44,408 nt of DNA. It comes from Octopus sinensis. Lineage: Eukaryota. Under the pieces are notes generated by a model. It searched no databases. It saw only the letters and a list, made by a program, of their open reading frames with translations, and was not told the origin of the DNA. The DNA is taken from NCBI RefSeq assembly GCF_006345805.1, contig NW_021834929.1, forward strand, positions 1 through 44,408. Direction: 5' to 3'. Of this stretch, positions 1-12,040 are shown piece after piece (within the stretch, counting starts at the first letter, position 1; each line of letters opens with the position of its first letter). A program made the position numbers and the translations under genes.

Positions 1-290
1 CCTAGTGGTTAGAGCAGCGAAGTCGCGGTCGTAAGACCGCGGGTTCGAATCTCAGACCGGGCGATGTGTGTGTTTATGAGCGAACACCTAAGCTCCACGC
101 GGCTCCGGCAGAAGGTAATGGCGAACTTCTGCTGACTCTTTCACCACAACTATCTCTCACTCTTTTCTCCTGCATCTTGCAGCTCACCTGCGACGGACCG
201 GCGTCCCGTCCAGGTGGGGAACCTATACGCCAAGGAAACCGGGAAACCAGCGCTAATGAGCTAGGTGTGGCTCATAAGGAATAAACGACA
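1..290 (+). mobile_element. tRNA-derived SINE, chimeric (family D head/body + family B tail), cut by window edge
   Basis: A-box-like CCTAGTGGTTAGAG and B-box GGTTCGAATC. Bases 1-165 align to the 5886 SINE. From ~187, CTGCGACGGACCGGCGTCCCGTCCAG...TACGCCAAGGAAACCGGGAAAC aligns to the tail of the 27094 and 20961 SINEs. Confidence 0.88.
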
Positions 291-443
291 AATAGCAGAG
301 CCTATGTTATATTATATATGTTCCTGCTCTTCGCGTTCTGAGTTCAGATCTAGCAGCAAACGTAATTAGTTACCCGTTTTAACACCACAACTTTGCACCC
401 TATTGTGTCTAATGCAAAGTTCAATCAGTTGTAATCAATCAAG

Positions 444-486
444 CTTGGTATTTGGTTTTCCTCCCGCCTGAAAACCAAATACCAAG
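444..486. repeat. Perfect 17-bp inverted repeat with 9-nt loop
   Basis: CTTGGTATTTGGTTTTC (444-460) / GAAAACCAAATACCAAG (470-486). Confidence 0.95.
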
Positions 487-1493
487 TCATAAAAAGTCAT
501 AATCACTGCCCTACTTTCCTGACTAAAACATAAAAAAACATGGCAAATATAATTTTAGATACGAAACTACAACATATCATTTAAAATTCTCACATAAACT
601 CTATACACTCCTAGCGGAAATATGAGACAGTTTAATGCTTAAAGAGATATAAAAATGACGGAAGTAAAATTCGACCCAAACTATTTCTTCAGCTGTAAAT
701 CCGATAAAAGTGTAATTATGTCAATTTTATTCGACTGGATTGAGGTAGACTACGAAGAATGTAAAACCCAGTATTTATGTAAAATACATATTACTCTCCT
801 GACCGACAAATCTATTATTATCATCATACGTAGGCTGAAGTATTGAGAAAATCGTTAGAGTATTGAAAAAATAAATTCGGTATTTGTTCGGGCTCATTAT
901 CTTTTGTTTATCAAGGAGGTAAACGTATCAGTTCATCCTTCCAGGTTCGATAAAATAAAGAGCCGCTCCCCTAGTTTAATTAAAATATATATGGCTACTT
1001 AATGTATATGTAGCTGCGATTATTCATGTTTACAGTCCATTCAACACCATACATATCATCACTGCGTCTGGCTGAATGTTAGATAGGAATCTAGTATTGT
1101 CACATTTATTACAACGAAATATTGATGGATAAATCACACAATGTCTGTTTCAATACAAATTTTAAGTCGTATTTCAGTTTATATGTTTTTACAAAGCTCT
1201 GTGTTTTTACTTTTACTACACGTAACTTGGAGATTTATACTTGGAGACTGTATTGGTTTCCGATGAAACATATTTGATTATCTAATGCAGGAGGTGTTTG
1301 AAGTTAGAATGTGTACAGCGTTCAACAGACTGCCTTGTAGTACTTGCTTATGTATATTTACGTATGAGTTAAAAACCAATAAGCATTCCATTTGTTTCTC
1401 ATTTTTCTCAACTCGATAACAAAAGTGCTACTAATGTCTCGAGTATGAAGTAAATTTTCTTAACCTTATATAGAAAAGTGCGTTGTTTCATTC

Positions 1494-1581
1494 ATATATA
1501 TATATATACACATATATATATATATATACACACACATATATATATATATACACACACATATATATATATATATATACACAC

Positions 1582-1612
<31 letters not shown>

Positions 1613-1662
1613 TATATATATAATATATATATACACACATATATATATATATATATACACAC

Positions 1663-1693
<31 letters not shown>

Positions 1694-2179
1694 TTATAAT
1701 ATATATACACACACTATATATATATATATATACACACATATATATATATATATACACACATATATAATATATTAATACACACACATATATATATATATAT
1801 ACACACATATATATATATATATAACACACATATATATATATACACACATATATATATATATATATATATAACACATATATATATATATATACACACATAT
1901 ATATATATATATACACACATATATATATATACACACATATATATATATATACACACATATATATATATATATACACACATATATATATATATACACACAC
2001 ATATATATATATATAATACACACATATATATATATATATATACACACACATATATATATATATATACACACACATATATATATATATACACACACATATA
2101 TATATATATATATACACAACATATATTATCTATATACACACACATATATATATATATACACACACATAATATATTATAT

Positions 2180-2211
<32 letters not shown>

Positions 2212-2280
2212 CCACATATATATATATATACACACATATATATACATATATATTATATATATATAATACACACACACCAC

Positions 2281-2313
<33 letters not shown>

Positions 2314-2337
2314 ATATATTATATATAACACACACAC

Positions 2338-2368
<31 letters not shown>

Positions 2369-2451
2369 TATATATTATATATATACACACACACACATAT
2401 ATATATATAATATATACACACAACACACTATATATATATATATATATATAC

Positions 2452-2483
<32 letters not shown>

Positions 2484-2600
2484 CACTATATATATATATA
2501 TATAAGAGTATGTATATATATAGATATATATGTGTATGTATATATACATAAATATATATACATATATAATATGTGTGTGTGTGTGTATGTAAGTATGTAT
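1494..2600. repeat. Compound microsatellite with higher-order unit (TA)~5-10(CA)~3-4
   Basis: Directly visible. Source of the YIYI/CVCV ORFs. Confidence 0.97.
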
Positions 2601-2659
2601 GCTGACCCACTGAATTCTACAAGTGTTTTTTGTTTCCAATTCTCTGTGTATTTTCTCTT

Positions 2660-2764
2660 ATTCCATTCTTTTGGAAATCGTAAGCTCGAAACGTAAAGTT
2701 ATCAAGTAAATACATTTACCTGTTTATCATACAGTTGTCTTTGTCCTTGTTTTCTATAAATTTC

Positions 2765-2817
<53 letters not shown>

Positions 2818-2946
2818 CATATTTGTGTGTGTATATAGTTGAAATTAACAGAAAGACAAAAGACGTAGACAAGTGTATGAGCAACAAGGAAGTATTTTAG
2901 TTTGACTCTCGGTAAAGTGAGAAAGTCTTTTTCCGTTTTGAGCCTA
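2660..2946. mobile_element. Two diverged copies of a short Penelope-pLTR-like element in inverted orientation around a (TA)n tract
   Basis: 2680-2765 (GTAAGCTCGAAACGTAAAG...CATACAGTTGTCTTTGTCCTTGTTTTCTATAAATTTCA) resembles the reverse complement of 2836-2946 (ATAGGCTCAAAACGGAAAAG...CATACACTTGTCTACGTCTTTTGTCTTTCTGTTAATTTCA). GCTC-GAAAC-GTA is the 3' half of a hammerhead core. The Penelope link is inference. Confidence 0.6.
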
Positions 2947-3246
2947 TTTTCATCCTAAGCTGAAAGAAGTTCCATCCCTATAACCATTCCATTGGATTAC
3001 ACTTGGAAATAAGAAGGACAGGTGGTAGCCTAGAATGAAATCATTGGATCTTTTAAGAGCGCATTTTAACGATTTTGACCTAAACAAACTAAACGTTTTG
3101 TTTATTTTGGGAAAAATCGTTAGAATGCGCTCTTAAACGCTCCAGTGTTTCTTATTCTCGGCTAGCACCTGTCCTTCTCATCTAGAAGTGGAATCCAATG
3201 GAATGGTTATACGGATGGAATTCCTTTCAGCTTAGGATGAATATAG
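2944..3246. mobile_element. 303-bp spacerless palindrome (foldback/MITE-like)
   Basis: The left arm CTATTTTCATCCTAAGCTGAAAG... pairs with the right arm ...CTTTCAGCTTAGGATGAATATAG along the whole length. Axis at AAC|GTT (3094/3095). Arms roughly 80-85% identical by eye. Confidence 0.9.
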
Positions 3247-5365
3247 TAATAACTACAGTAACTTTCGGATCGAAATTCAAAGGTCTTACAACATATGGTT
3301 TTGATTAATACGTCAGTCGTATAATAAATAATACCTTACGTCAGCATGCATAAAGCATTGATAAAAGAACAGGAACTATGTAATCACCGCTTTTATCCTA
3401 CACCTGTTTATCTAATAAGACACCGTTCCCTCAGAGTTGAGAGCTATTTGAATAAAGTGTTCTTTTATTGTGGTAAGATTCAGATATTTAAAATGTTTCC
3501 CCTCCTCTTATGAGACACTTCGTGGAAATAATTCTTATGACGACATACAGTGAAACACCGGTACTGAATTCCGCGAGATCTAGGTGTTGTATGCTAACGA
3601 AAGCTTTTATGTAATTCCAGTTTTTGTCATTTATATATTTATATTACGTTCTATATTAATATTTTGTGTCATGTAAGAATGCGGAGCAGAGAATGCCAGT
3701 ATATCTACGCTTCTTGCCGTTGAACTTTTGTAATTCTGAGTAGGATATGAAACTATTGGTGCCACAATTTGAATACGTATACATACGCAAACACATAAAC
3801 ATACACACACTCATTTTTAATTGTGGAAAAGAGGAGTGAAATCAAGGCTACATCCATTTAGGTAAAAGACGGCCATTTATTTCATATTACATACAACATT
3901 ATGTTAATTCACTTCTTCATATATTGTAATATTTTCCCAAACAACTTATATAAACAATTCGCATACGTGAGAAGAATTGTTTTGTGAATTTGGTTGAAAT
4001 TATAAAGTCTGAAGAAGTGTATCGACATAAAATATCATAACTTTGGTATGCAATGTGAAATAAATGGCAGTTGTTCACGGAAACGTATGTAACATTAACT
4101 TTTCCTTAACTAAAATTATTGTTAATCACTCTGAGAGGATTATACCTTTTAGATAGACATGAAGTAGCAAAGTGCTCCTATAATAATTAATCTAAGTATA
4201 ACCGAGTAGTTTTTGGTTAATCATAACTTGTAACAGTTATACTGCTATTCAAAAAACGCGGCTAGTCAAGTTCATGTCTGAAGTGAGCAGATTCGATCAC
4301 CTAGGTTTTAATTATCCTCTCAATATATATAGGAATAGGTGAACAAACTAAAGATGTAGCTTCCAGTAATTTTGTTGCAGTTCAAAGTAGAATCATCCAG
4401 TTAATAAACAGGTCAATATTTAAAAAGCGGTGGAGGACAAACTGGAAAAGACATGCTTGCAAGGGGAATATTATAAGCACATTAGCAATGTCTGCGCTTA
4501 TAGATTTTGCGCAGCCGCACGGCTCTTTCTTCCCACGTCCTCGGCCAAGGAAAGCCAACTTGTTAGAGTCGCGGCAGTCTTGAAAGGATTAATTTAAACA
4601 GGTTGTGCTTCGTTAATTAAGAAATTTATGCTAACAATATATAATATAGATAACAATATACAATATACATAAAAAGCCTATTTTCCTTCCCTGTGTACAC
4701 AAACTTTGTGACGATCTAGCATAATGAATGCATATACATGCATGCATATAAACGTATATATGATTATATGGCTATACTTATTTCCATGTGAATGAACATA
4801 AGCGTACCCGTATTCACCACACACATACCAACACAAATACACACACACACGTACGTATAATCGCACATATATATATATGTAATCCATATAATATAAATAA
4901 ATTAAACGAAAAGTATGGAAACACACTCTTTCCCATATAATTATAAAAACTTATCTTAACATCTAAATTTCATAGGACACAAAGAACAAAATTATAATCG
5001 TTTATCACATTATCTCAAAATGTAATTATAGTGTTCTTAATTTTTATATTAAAATATTAAAGTAGCATAAAAAAAAGTCTGATGTTGTGGAAAAACACAA
5101 TAAAAAATGCTAATGAGCTTTTTCAAAATTTTCATCGATACAATGCTTTTGGGAGCCGTTGAGTAATGAGATAATATCAACGTATTTAACAGTGTAATTT
5201 ACCTTCTCAAAAATAAAATATCATTGGTCATCTTGAATGTCAAAATATATTTGTATCTAAATGGAAATCTTATTTAAATTTCAATTGTGTATAATCACTT
5301 GAGATATAAAAGAAATTAAGTTTGAGAGGATGCGTGAGTAAATATGTGCATACATACACGCTCCG

Positions 5366-5422
<57 letters not shown>

Positions 5423-5885
5423 GTATATATATACATAGAGAGAGAGAGAGAGAGATTTTATTATTCCTGTATATATAAGCATACATATTTATATTTATAC
5501 ACACATGCGTATCTTCGTTTGTGTACAGATAGATTGAAATTTATTAGATAATTAAAAAAAAACTTTGATATTAATATAAGCAGTATAACAATCGAGGCCA
5601 GTTTAAATTACGCTCTCACTTCCGCTAAATTCTGTGGATCATCCATTCCAGGTTTACTAAGTTACTCCTCACATTATCAGCTGACTTCTCCTCCCCAGGA
5701 ATTTGAACTAGCTACGATCGTAGCATTGAATATTCTGTCAAGCCTGGTGCATAGTTTAATGACCTTTTTTTGTGGGATTGCTTGGTTTCGATGGTATAAG
5801 CAAGCCAACACCGATTTTCAAGTGGCATTGGGGAACAAACACAACCAGAAAGATACACATACACGAACATAATATATACGATGGT

Positions 5886-6269
5886 GGAGGCGCAATGGCC
5901 AAGTGGTTAGGGCAGCGGACTCGCGGTCGTAGGATCGCGGTTTCGATTCCCAGACCTGGCGTTATGAGTGTTTATTGAACGAAAACACCTAAAGCTCCAC
6001 GAGGCTCTGGCAGGGGATGGTGGTGATCCCTGCTGTACTCTTTCACCACAACTTTCTCTCACTCTTACTTCCTGTTTCTGTTGTACCTGTATTTCAAAGG
6101 GCCGGCCTTGTCTCTCTCTGTGTCACGCTGAATATCCCCAAGAACTACGATAAGGGTACACATGTCTGTGGAGTGCTCAGCCACTTACACGTTAATTTCG
6201 CGAGCAGGCTGTTCCGTTGATTCGGAACAACCGGAACCCTCATCGTCGTAACCGACGGAGTGCTTCCAC
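5886..6269 (+). mobile_element. Full-length tRNA-derived SINE (family D) with 12-bp TSD
   Basis: Head GGAGGCGCAATGGCCAAGTGGTTAGG...GGTTTCGATTCCC. Perfect TSD ATATACGATGGT at 5874-5885 and 6270-6281. The 3' part (CCACTTACACGTTAA) is reminiscent of Deu/Nin-type SINE domains (tentative). Confidence 0.92.
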
Positions 6270-7913
6270 ATATACGATGGTACACACAAATTACAAATGT
6301 TGGTGGACAGGAAGAGTCACTCACATCAACTCAAGAACTTGACTGGTAATAAATTTTATTCACCTCGGGAGGGACATAAACTCAAAATTATTGCTGAGGG
6401 ATTAGAGTTCAGGATATTAAAAGCCAGAATAAACCGGAATCTATACTGCGCGTTCTTTTTTCCATTCTACCAGTCTATATATTTATACAAATGCAGAGCA
6501 TTTGTATAAATACATATAGTGCAAACAATGCCACTTTGAGCGGGTATTGTTTACATTATATATTCTTTTCATCTTTTCAAGGATATTAAGGGCCCAAACT
6601 CAAATTTAGAATTCATTTTTTGTATTTTGCATTAGCAACAGGATAGCAATCACTCTTCGCGGGGAATATGTAAACTACATTTAACTGGAACATAATAAAT
6701 CACTTTACAGAAGAGCCTAGATTAAAATAAATTAATGGCTTGCGGAAAATTTCACTGCATGCTACTAACACAAATGTTACGAACGAGATACACACAGCAT
6801 ATAGAGATCTTTATTAATCGTATATATCGATTTGATTATTCTCAACCCTATTACAATAATTAATGATGTATACACATATATACAAACACACATGCGTACA
6901 CGTACACACGCTAAAAATAGTTAGCTAGATGTAGATATAACTACCTGACTATCTATCTACACACACACACACACACAACAAAATGCGTATATTGAATTCA
7001 ACTGCTGTAAAAGTTAGTTTTCTTTTTTTGCATGAGCATGCGTCGAAAATATTTTTGAAAATATCGAGATAAAATATAATTATGAATTTGTATGGATATG
7101 AAATTATATGGGTAGCCTTCATTATTTTCATTGTTTATTTTTTATTTTGTTTACTTGTATGAAAACAGAGGCAACATCTGAGAGAGTGCTCTATAATTCT
7201 TGCTCGAATATTGTAATGGATTTTTATAAAAGCAATCATTCTTATACGAGCTATGTAACCATTTTTCGCCCCTTATATTCTCTCATGCTCTCTCATTCAC
7301 TCACTCTATGCACAGCGTCACACATATTATTTTACATTACACGCATGTATAACTATATATACATGCGTGTGTATATGTTTGTATGCATCTATAATTGCAT
7401 ATATGGCTATGTGTGTGTGTGCGCTGAATTACTTTCATTGAGCAGGTATAAATGTAAATCGCATTAATGACTATACTTATATTTTCAAAATACATTTGAT
7501 GAGGAAATCAAATGAGTATATACACACATATCCACACAAGCTTACACACATAAACACGTACAAACCCACGCACACTCGCATATTGTCCGAGTGATACTTT
7601 CAGAGATTTAAGCTTAGTTACAATTATATTATATATTTGCATTGAAGCTATCCTGCGCGTATCAAGATGAAAGGAATATATATATATATTGATAATATGA
7701 CAGTTCGGAATAACGATACGTCCACCTTATTATTGTTTGATTCTATCTGGCAAGTTTGAAATGCTTTTGTCAGAACACACACAGAGGCACACACAAACAC
7801 GTACGCATATACAAACATGCTAGCGAACTCTCTTTCTCACACACACACAAATACACAAATACGTTTATGCATATTTAATATAAAATTTTACTTGGTATTT
7901 CTGAATTATACTT

Positions 7914-7916
<3 letters not shown>

Positions 7917-7979
<63 letters not shown>
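7917..7979. repeat. (TA)n microsatellite
   Basis: Direct. Confidence 0.97.
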
Positions 7980-8494
7980 TGCTTTTTGCATGTTTAAAAT
8001 ATGCTACGCAGTATGATGTTAAAAGCAAACTTCATTACTAAACTTATTTTTTCGACATACAACATGAAAAACATATCTTCATAAAACATGCAATCGTATA
8101 GAATTATCTAGCTTTATATATATCTACCCATCCCTATATATACATACGCGTATATATATATATATATATATGAAAACATATATACAAACTATATCGGTAA
8201 AATAAAAAGCAGAAACTGGAATTGAATGAAGTTGTATATGTAACATGTTTATGCTCCGTAAAATTGCATGTCCCTACCTATAAAGATACGTTTTTGAGTA
8301 TTATTTAAAAGTAATATATTTCAATATTTAAAAAATGAAAACGAATATATGTTTGGAATTACATCACGAAGCGCTTGAAGACAAACATTACCACCTACAC
8401 CAACAATATTCAAAGTAATGATGTATAAAAAAAAATAGCAACACTCATATAACAAGAAAATACTAAAAAAACATTAAAACAGCAATAATAGAAC

Positions 8495-8530
<36 letters not shown>

Positions 8531-8596
8531 TAGTAGTAGTAGTAGTAGTATTAGCAGCAGCAGCAGCAGCAGCAATAGTAGTAGTAGTAGTAGTAG
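8495..8596. repeat. (TAG)n array interrupted by (CAG)n
   Basis: Direct. Yields the poly-V/A/T spurious ORFs. Confidence 0.97.
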
Positions 8597-8889
8597 GTCC
8601 CATAAATACATTGTACAAGAACGTTTTTGGAAAATGGGATCTATTCCATCTCAAGCACAGATTTTTTAAAATTAATTTTTTTAAACTAAACACTATGAAA
8701 TTTCGGATACTGGTTGAATGTGTCACGTAGAACAGGGTTCATTCTTAACATTTTTGGCAAAAATTTGTATTTTAGTATTAACTCGTGTTAAAGTTGTCGT
8801 ATTTGGGTAATTGTAACGAATCTATTGCGTTTATTCAGCTGAAGAAAGTTACTTCTGATGAATCACCCTAGCATCTTGGAAGTCCATGA

Positions 8890-11800
8890 ACGTGGGCGGC
8901 TGCAGATCTTTCATTCCCTTGTTTTCTCTAAGTCTGAGCAATTTATACATTTGTTTTTTATTTTATTTTAAATTTTCTCACTGTTCTTCTGTTCCAGTGT
9001 CGCCATTGATGCCATTCATAGGCTTTACTGTCCAGTATTTGATAAGGAGACACCTGGTTCTTACTTCGCCTGCAAGCACGCTGGCTACATCCTCTGTGAT
9101 GAGCTACGGTGTTCCAACAGAAACTGGTAGTAGTGGCCATAGATATCCTCTCGAATTTCTGCAGTCGTTTGTACTATTATCACTATAGTTGTTTATCAGG
9201 CCCGTTTAATTTCCTTTCCCCTTTTTCTTTATCCCCTCTTCAAATATCACAAATAATACCCTACATTCAGCAACTCGATATTCGATTCTCATTACCAGTC
9301 TGACAGATATCCTCTCGGTCCTGTACGTTACATTGCAGCATCGTAATTTCCAATGATAATTCAGGTCCTAATGAGCATAATTAGTCTTTCGCACATGTGC
9401 AGTTTCTTAGCTATGAAACAGGATGACAACGTTAAATATCATGTTTCCTCCTTCTCGCTTCAACATCATATCAAATATCCTGGTTTCTTGATGTGCTTAG
9501 TTCCTAACGAGTAACCACTTGCAAATCTTGATACTATGAGCATATATTTTTACTGTCACTTGCAACACAGATTTAGTTTATATCCTAATGTAATCATTCA
9601 TCGAGACGCTTATGCTTACATATATATAATGATTTTTTGTAGCTTATTGTATTTCCTTAACAGATGCATAATGCTTTCTTCATCTTTTCCACACACAGCC
9701 TGAACGACTATATAAATTATCCAGACTATATAAATTATCGTTCTTTAAATTGATACTTTCAATTGCTTTTTTGCACATGCTATATATTCGTCTAAATTGT
9801 TGAACCATTAAAGAGTGACGTCTTAATTTCGCATTTTAGGTGTTCAACTCTGAGGTCAAAACCAGTGTTCTCCCTCAGTTTGTATGAATTAAACATGTAA
9901 TCCTTCCTCTTTTCAATTTTTCTGTCCTTTTTTTCTTTCTATTTTTGATAACGTTCTCAGTTCTTCGATGTCTATAGGTTCACAATATTCAACAGAGTTA
10001 AGGCGGTGAGCTGGCAGAACCGCTAGCACGCATGGCAAAATGCTTAGCGTTATTTCATGTTTTTTACGTTCTGCGTTCAAATTCCACCGAGGTCGACTTT
10101 GCCTTTCAACCTTTCGGGTCGATAAATTGAGTACCAGTTACGCTCTGGGGTCGACTTAATCCCTTTGTCGGTCCTTGTTTGTCCCCTCTGTGTTTATACC
10201 CCCTTGTAGTCAATAAAGAAATAAGAAACGCTAGCACACCGGGCGAAATGCTTAGCGGTATTTCGTCTGTTTTTATGTTCTCAGTTCAAATTCCGCCGAT
10301 GTCGATTTTCCTTTCATTCCTTTGGGGTCAATAAATTAAGTAAGTACCGGCCCCCTCCCCCAGAATTTCGGGCCTTGTACCTAGAGAAGAAACGAATATA
10401 CAAAAGAGTTTTTTCTAGTCATATATGTTTATTATAGTACCTCCCTTACGTCTTACCCATTGAGGTTTAATAATTACTTTTCTTCGAGATTTCAACCTTC
10501 TGTATTCTCTATCACACTATACCTCCTTCTTGTACAACTCCTACGTTTAATAGCAAATATCTATAGCAACCTCATTACTACTTCATCACAAAAGTATAAA
10601 AATATCTAAATCTACCAGTACCCAATTTACATCCGGCTTCAGGAATAAGTTTCATAACTTAAAATAGAAAAGCGATATCTAACACAACAGAATAAATCTA
10701 TAATTTTGACTAGTTTCCAACAAACATCCACAATTAGTTACTGTGTTAACAGATGGTACATTTACATCCATTCCACAATTAAGATATAACTACTCGTTCT
10801 CTTGTCTTAATTTAATCCTAAGTTAGTTTTCTGTATATAAAAGCTTTTGCTTATATTGACCCACAAGACAACCTTGCTTTAAAGAACTTCCGATTCCTAG
10901 TAAGAAGCATATAACTGTTTACCATTAGTTTATCAATCTAGTTTCCATTACTGCTTGCAATATCACCCATGTCAATAGTAAACTACCATATCCTATCTAA
11001 CTTTCAAATTTATATTTATTTGTTCTCTCCATATTGTCGTTAGTTCCTTATTTCCATAGACTAAAGTTACTCTACCACAACTATTTCTGTATTTGTACCT
11101 ACTTTATAATAATTACTCCGCTCTATCTTGTTACAGCTTTTCTTTCCCTTCCTGTTATTTAACTAGCTAGTTGATCTATCATCCACTGTGAATCAGAAAT
11201 AAATCTTCTTCACCAATGCTCCTAATGCATTTCAATTTCATTAAATTATATCTCTTTTTAAGTTACTCTATTCCTTACGTTAAAATAATTTGACCCATAA
11301 GTACTTTCATACTAACATTACTCCTACGTGTCTTAGTATAATCGGAAATACAGTTATAAATAAACATTTTTACAATTTTGTTTATATATGCATTGCTTCC
11401 TAACGGCTACAATATTTCGAATCTAATATCAGCAAACTCTGAACACCACCATTTCTATTTATCAAAAGTTTTCTAAATCCGTTTATTCTCGTTGTCATTA
11501 ACTCTTCCTTTAAACTTAAAATCTCATTATTTCCTCTGTAAACTAGGACATATGTACTCATTTAACCGGTAGTATAATAAATATATGACGCTATATATCT
11601 TTCATCCTAAGTATGCTTTTCTCTGTTTACCTTTCACCTAGCGAAAGTAAACTTCGTCATTCTTGACTTTAACTAAACACATTACCACGCAAACACATTT
11701 AGTTTCCCTCATAAATCTAATATTTTCAAATATTTTCGCTCACACAAACACATTTTTGGAACGTAATGTTCTAACACTTTCAGCATCAAATATTTAACAT

Positions 11801-12040
11801 CCTCCCATTAATATATGCAAACATATAAATTTTACTAATATTTTCTATCCTATTTCATTTTATATGCTTTTCCTATTTTTTTCTACCAGAAATTAATTCC
11901 TATGCCAGCTACATTAATTTATCCCTTAGTCAATAACGTAACGAAATCCTTAATTCCTAGGCGACTTTTTAAATATCAACTTCTTCCTGATGCATGCTTT
12001 GAATCTATGGCATTTTAACTAAAAATTCTTTCAAATGTAA
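8890..12040 (-). mobile_element. Highly decayed RLE-type LINE (R4/Dong-like) RT + zinc knuckle + endonuclease relic, interrupted by a SINE dimer
   Basis: Frameshifted minus-strand motifs occur in the expected order: KSPRN*G..Y*L (~11970, cf. KSPGxDGxxxFWLK), ICLHIL (~11825, cf. ITCLPT), FTVDD (~11190, cf. YMDD), QEGG (~10530), CGKDEESIMHLL (~9695-9657, cf. CRLCxxxxETIxHI), PLLPVSVGT (~9140-9112, cf. IPVVIGALG). Strong strand bias (T/C-rich plus strand). Individual motifs are weak. Confidence 0.55.
10000..10394 (+). mobile_element. Dimeric tRNA-derived SINE (family A) with 16-bp TSD
   Basis: Monomer 1 AAGGCGGTGAGCTGGCAGAA...AAAGAAATA (10000-10223). Monomer 2 restarts at AGAAACGCTAGCAC. TSD AATATTCAACAGAGTT (9984-9999) / AATATACAAAAGAGTT (10395-10410), 14/16 match. 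Confidence 0.92.

Noticed and set aside
1-60. Possible tRNA gene
   Set aside because: The A/B boxes belong to a SINE head. No acceptor stem, and it continues into a multi-copy body.
1466-2639. Long ORFs up to 235 aa (YIYICV repeats)
   Set aside because: Translations of stop-poor (TA)/(CA) microsatellite. The same applies to 31210-33403 and most other ORF-track entries.
3530-3572. Hammerhead-like ATGACGA...GAAACACCGGTA
   Set aside because: The core lacks C3 and neither stem I nor stem II pairs properly.
8463-8730. Poly-Thr/Ala/Val ORFs
   Set aside because: (TAG)n/(CAG)n translation. Likewise 20084-20426.
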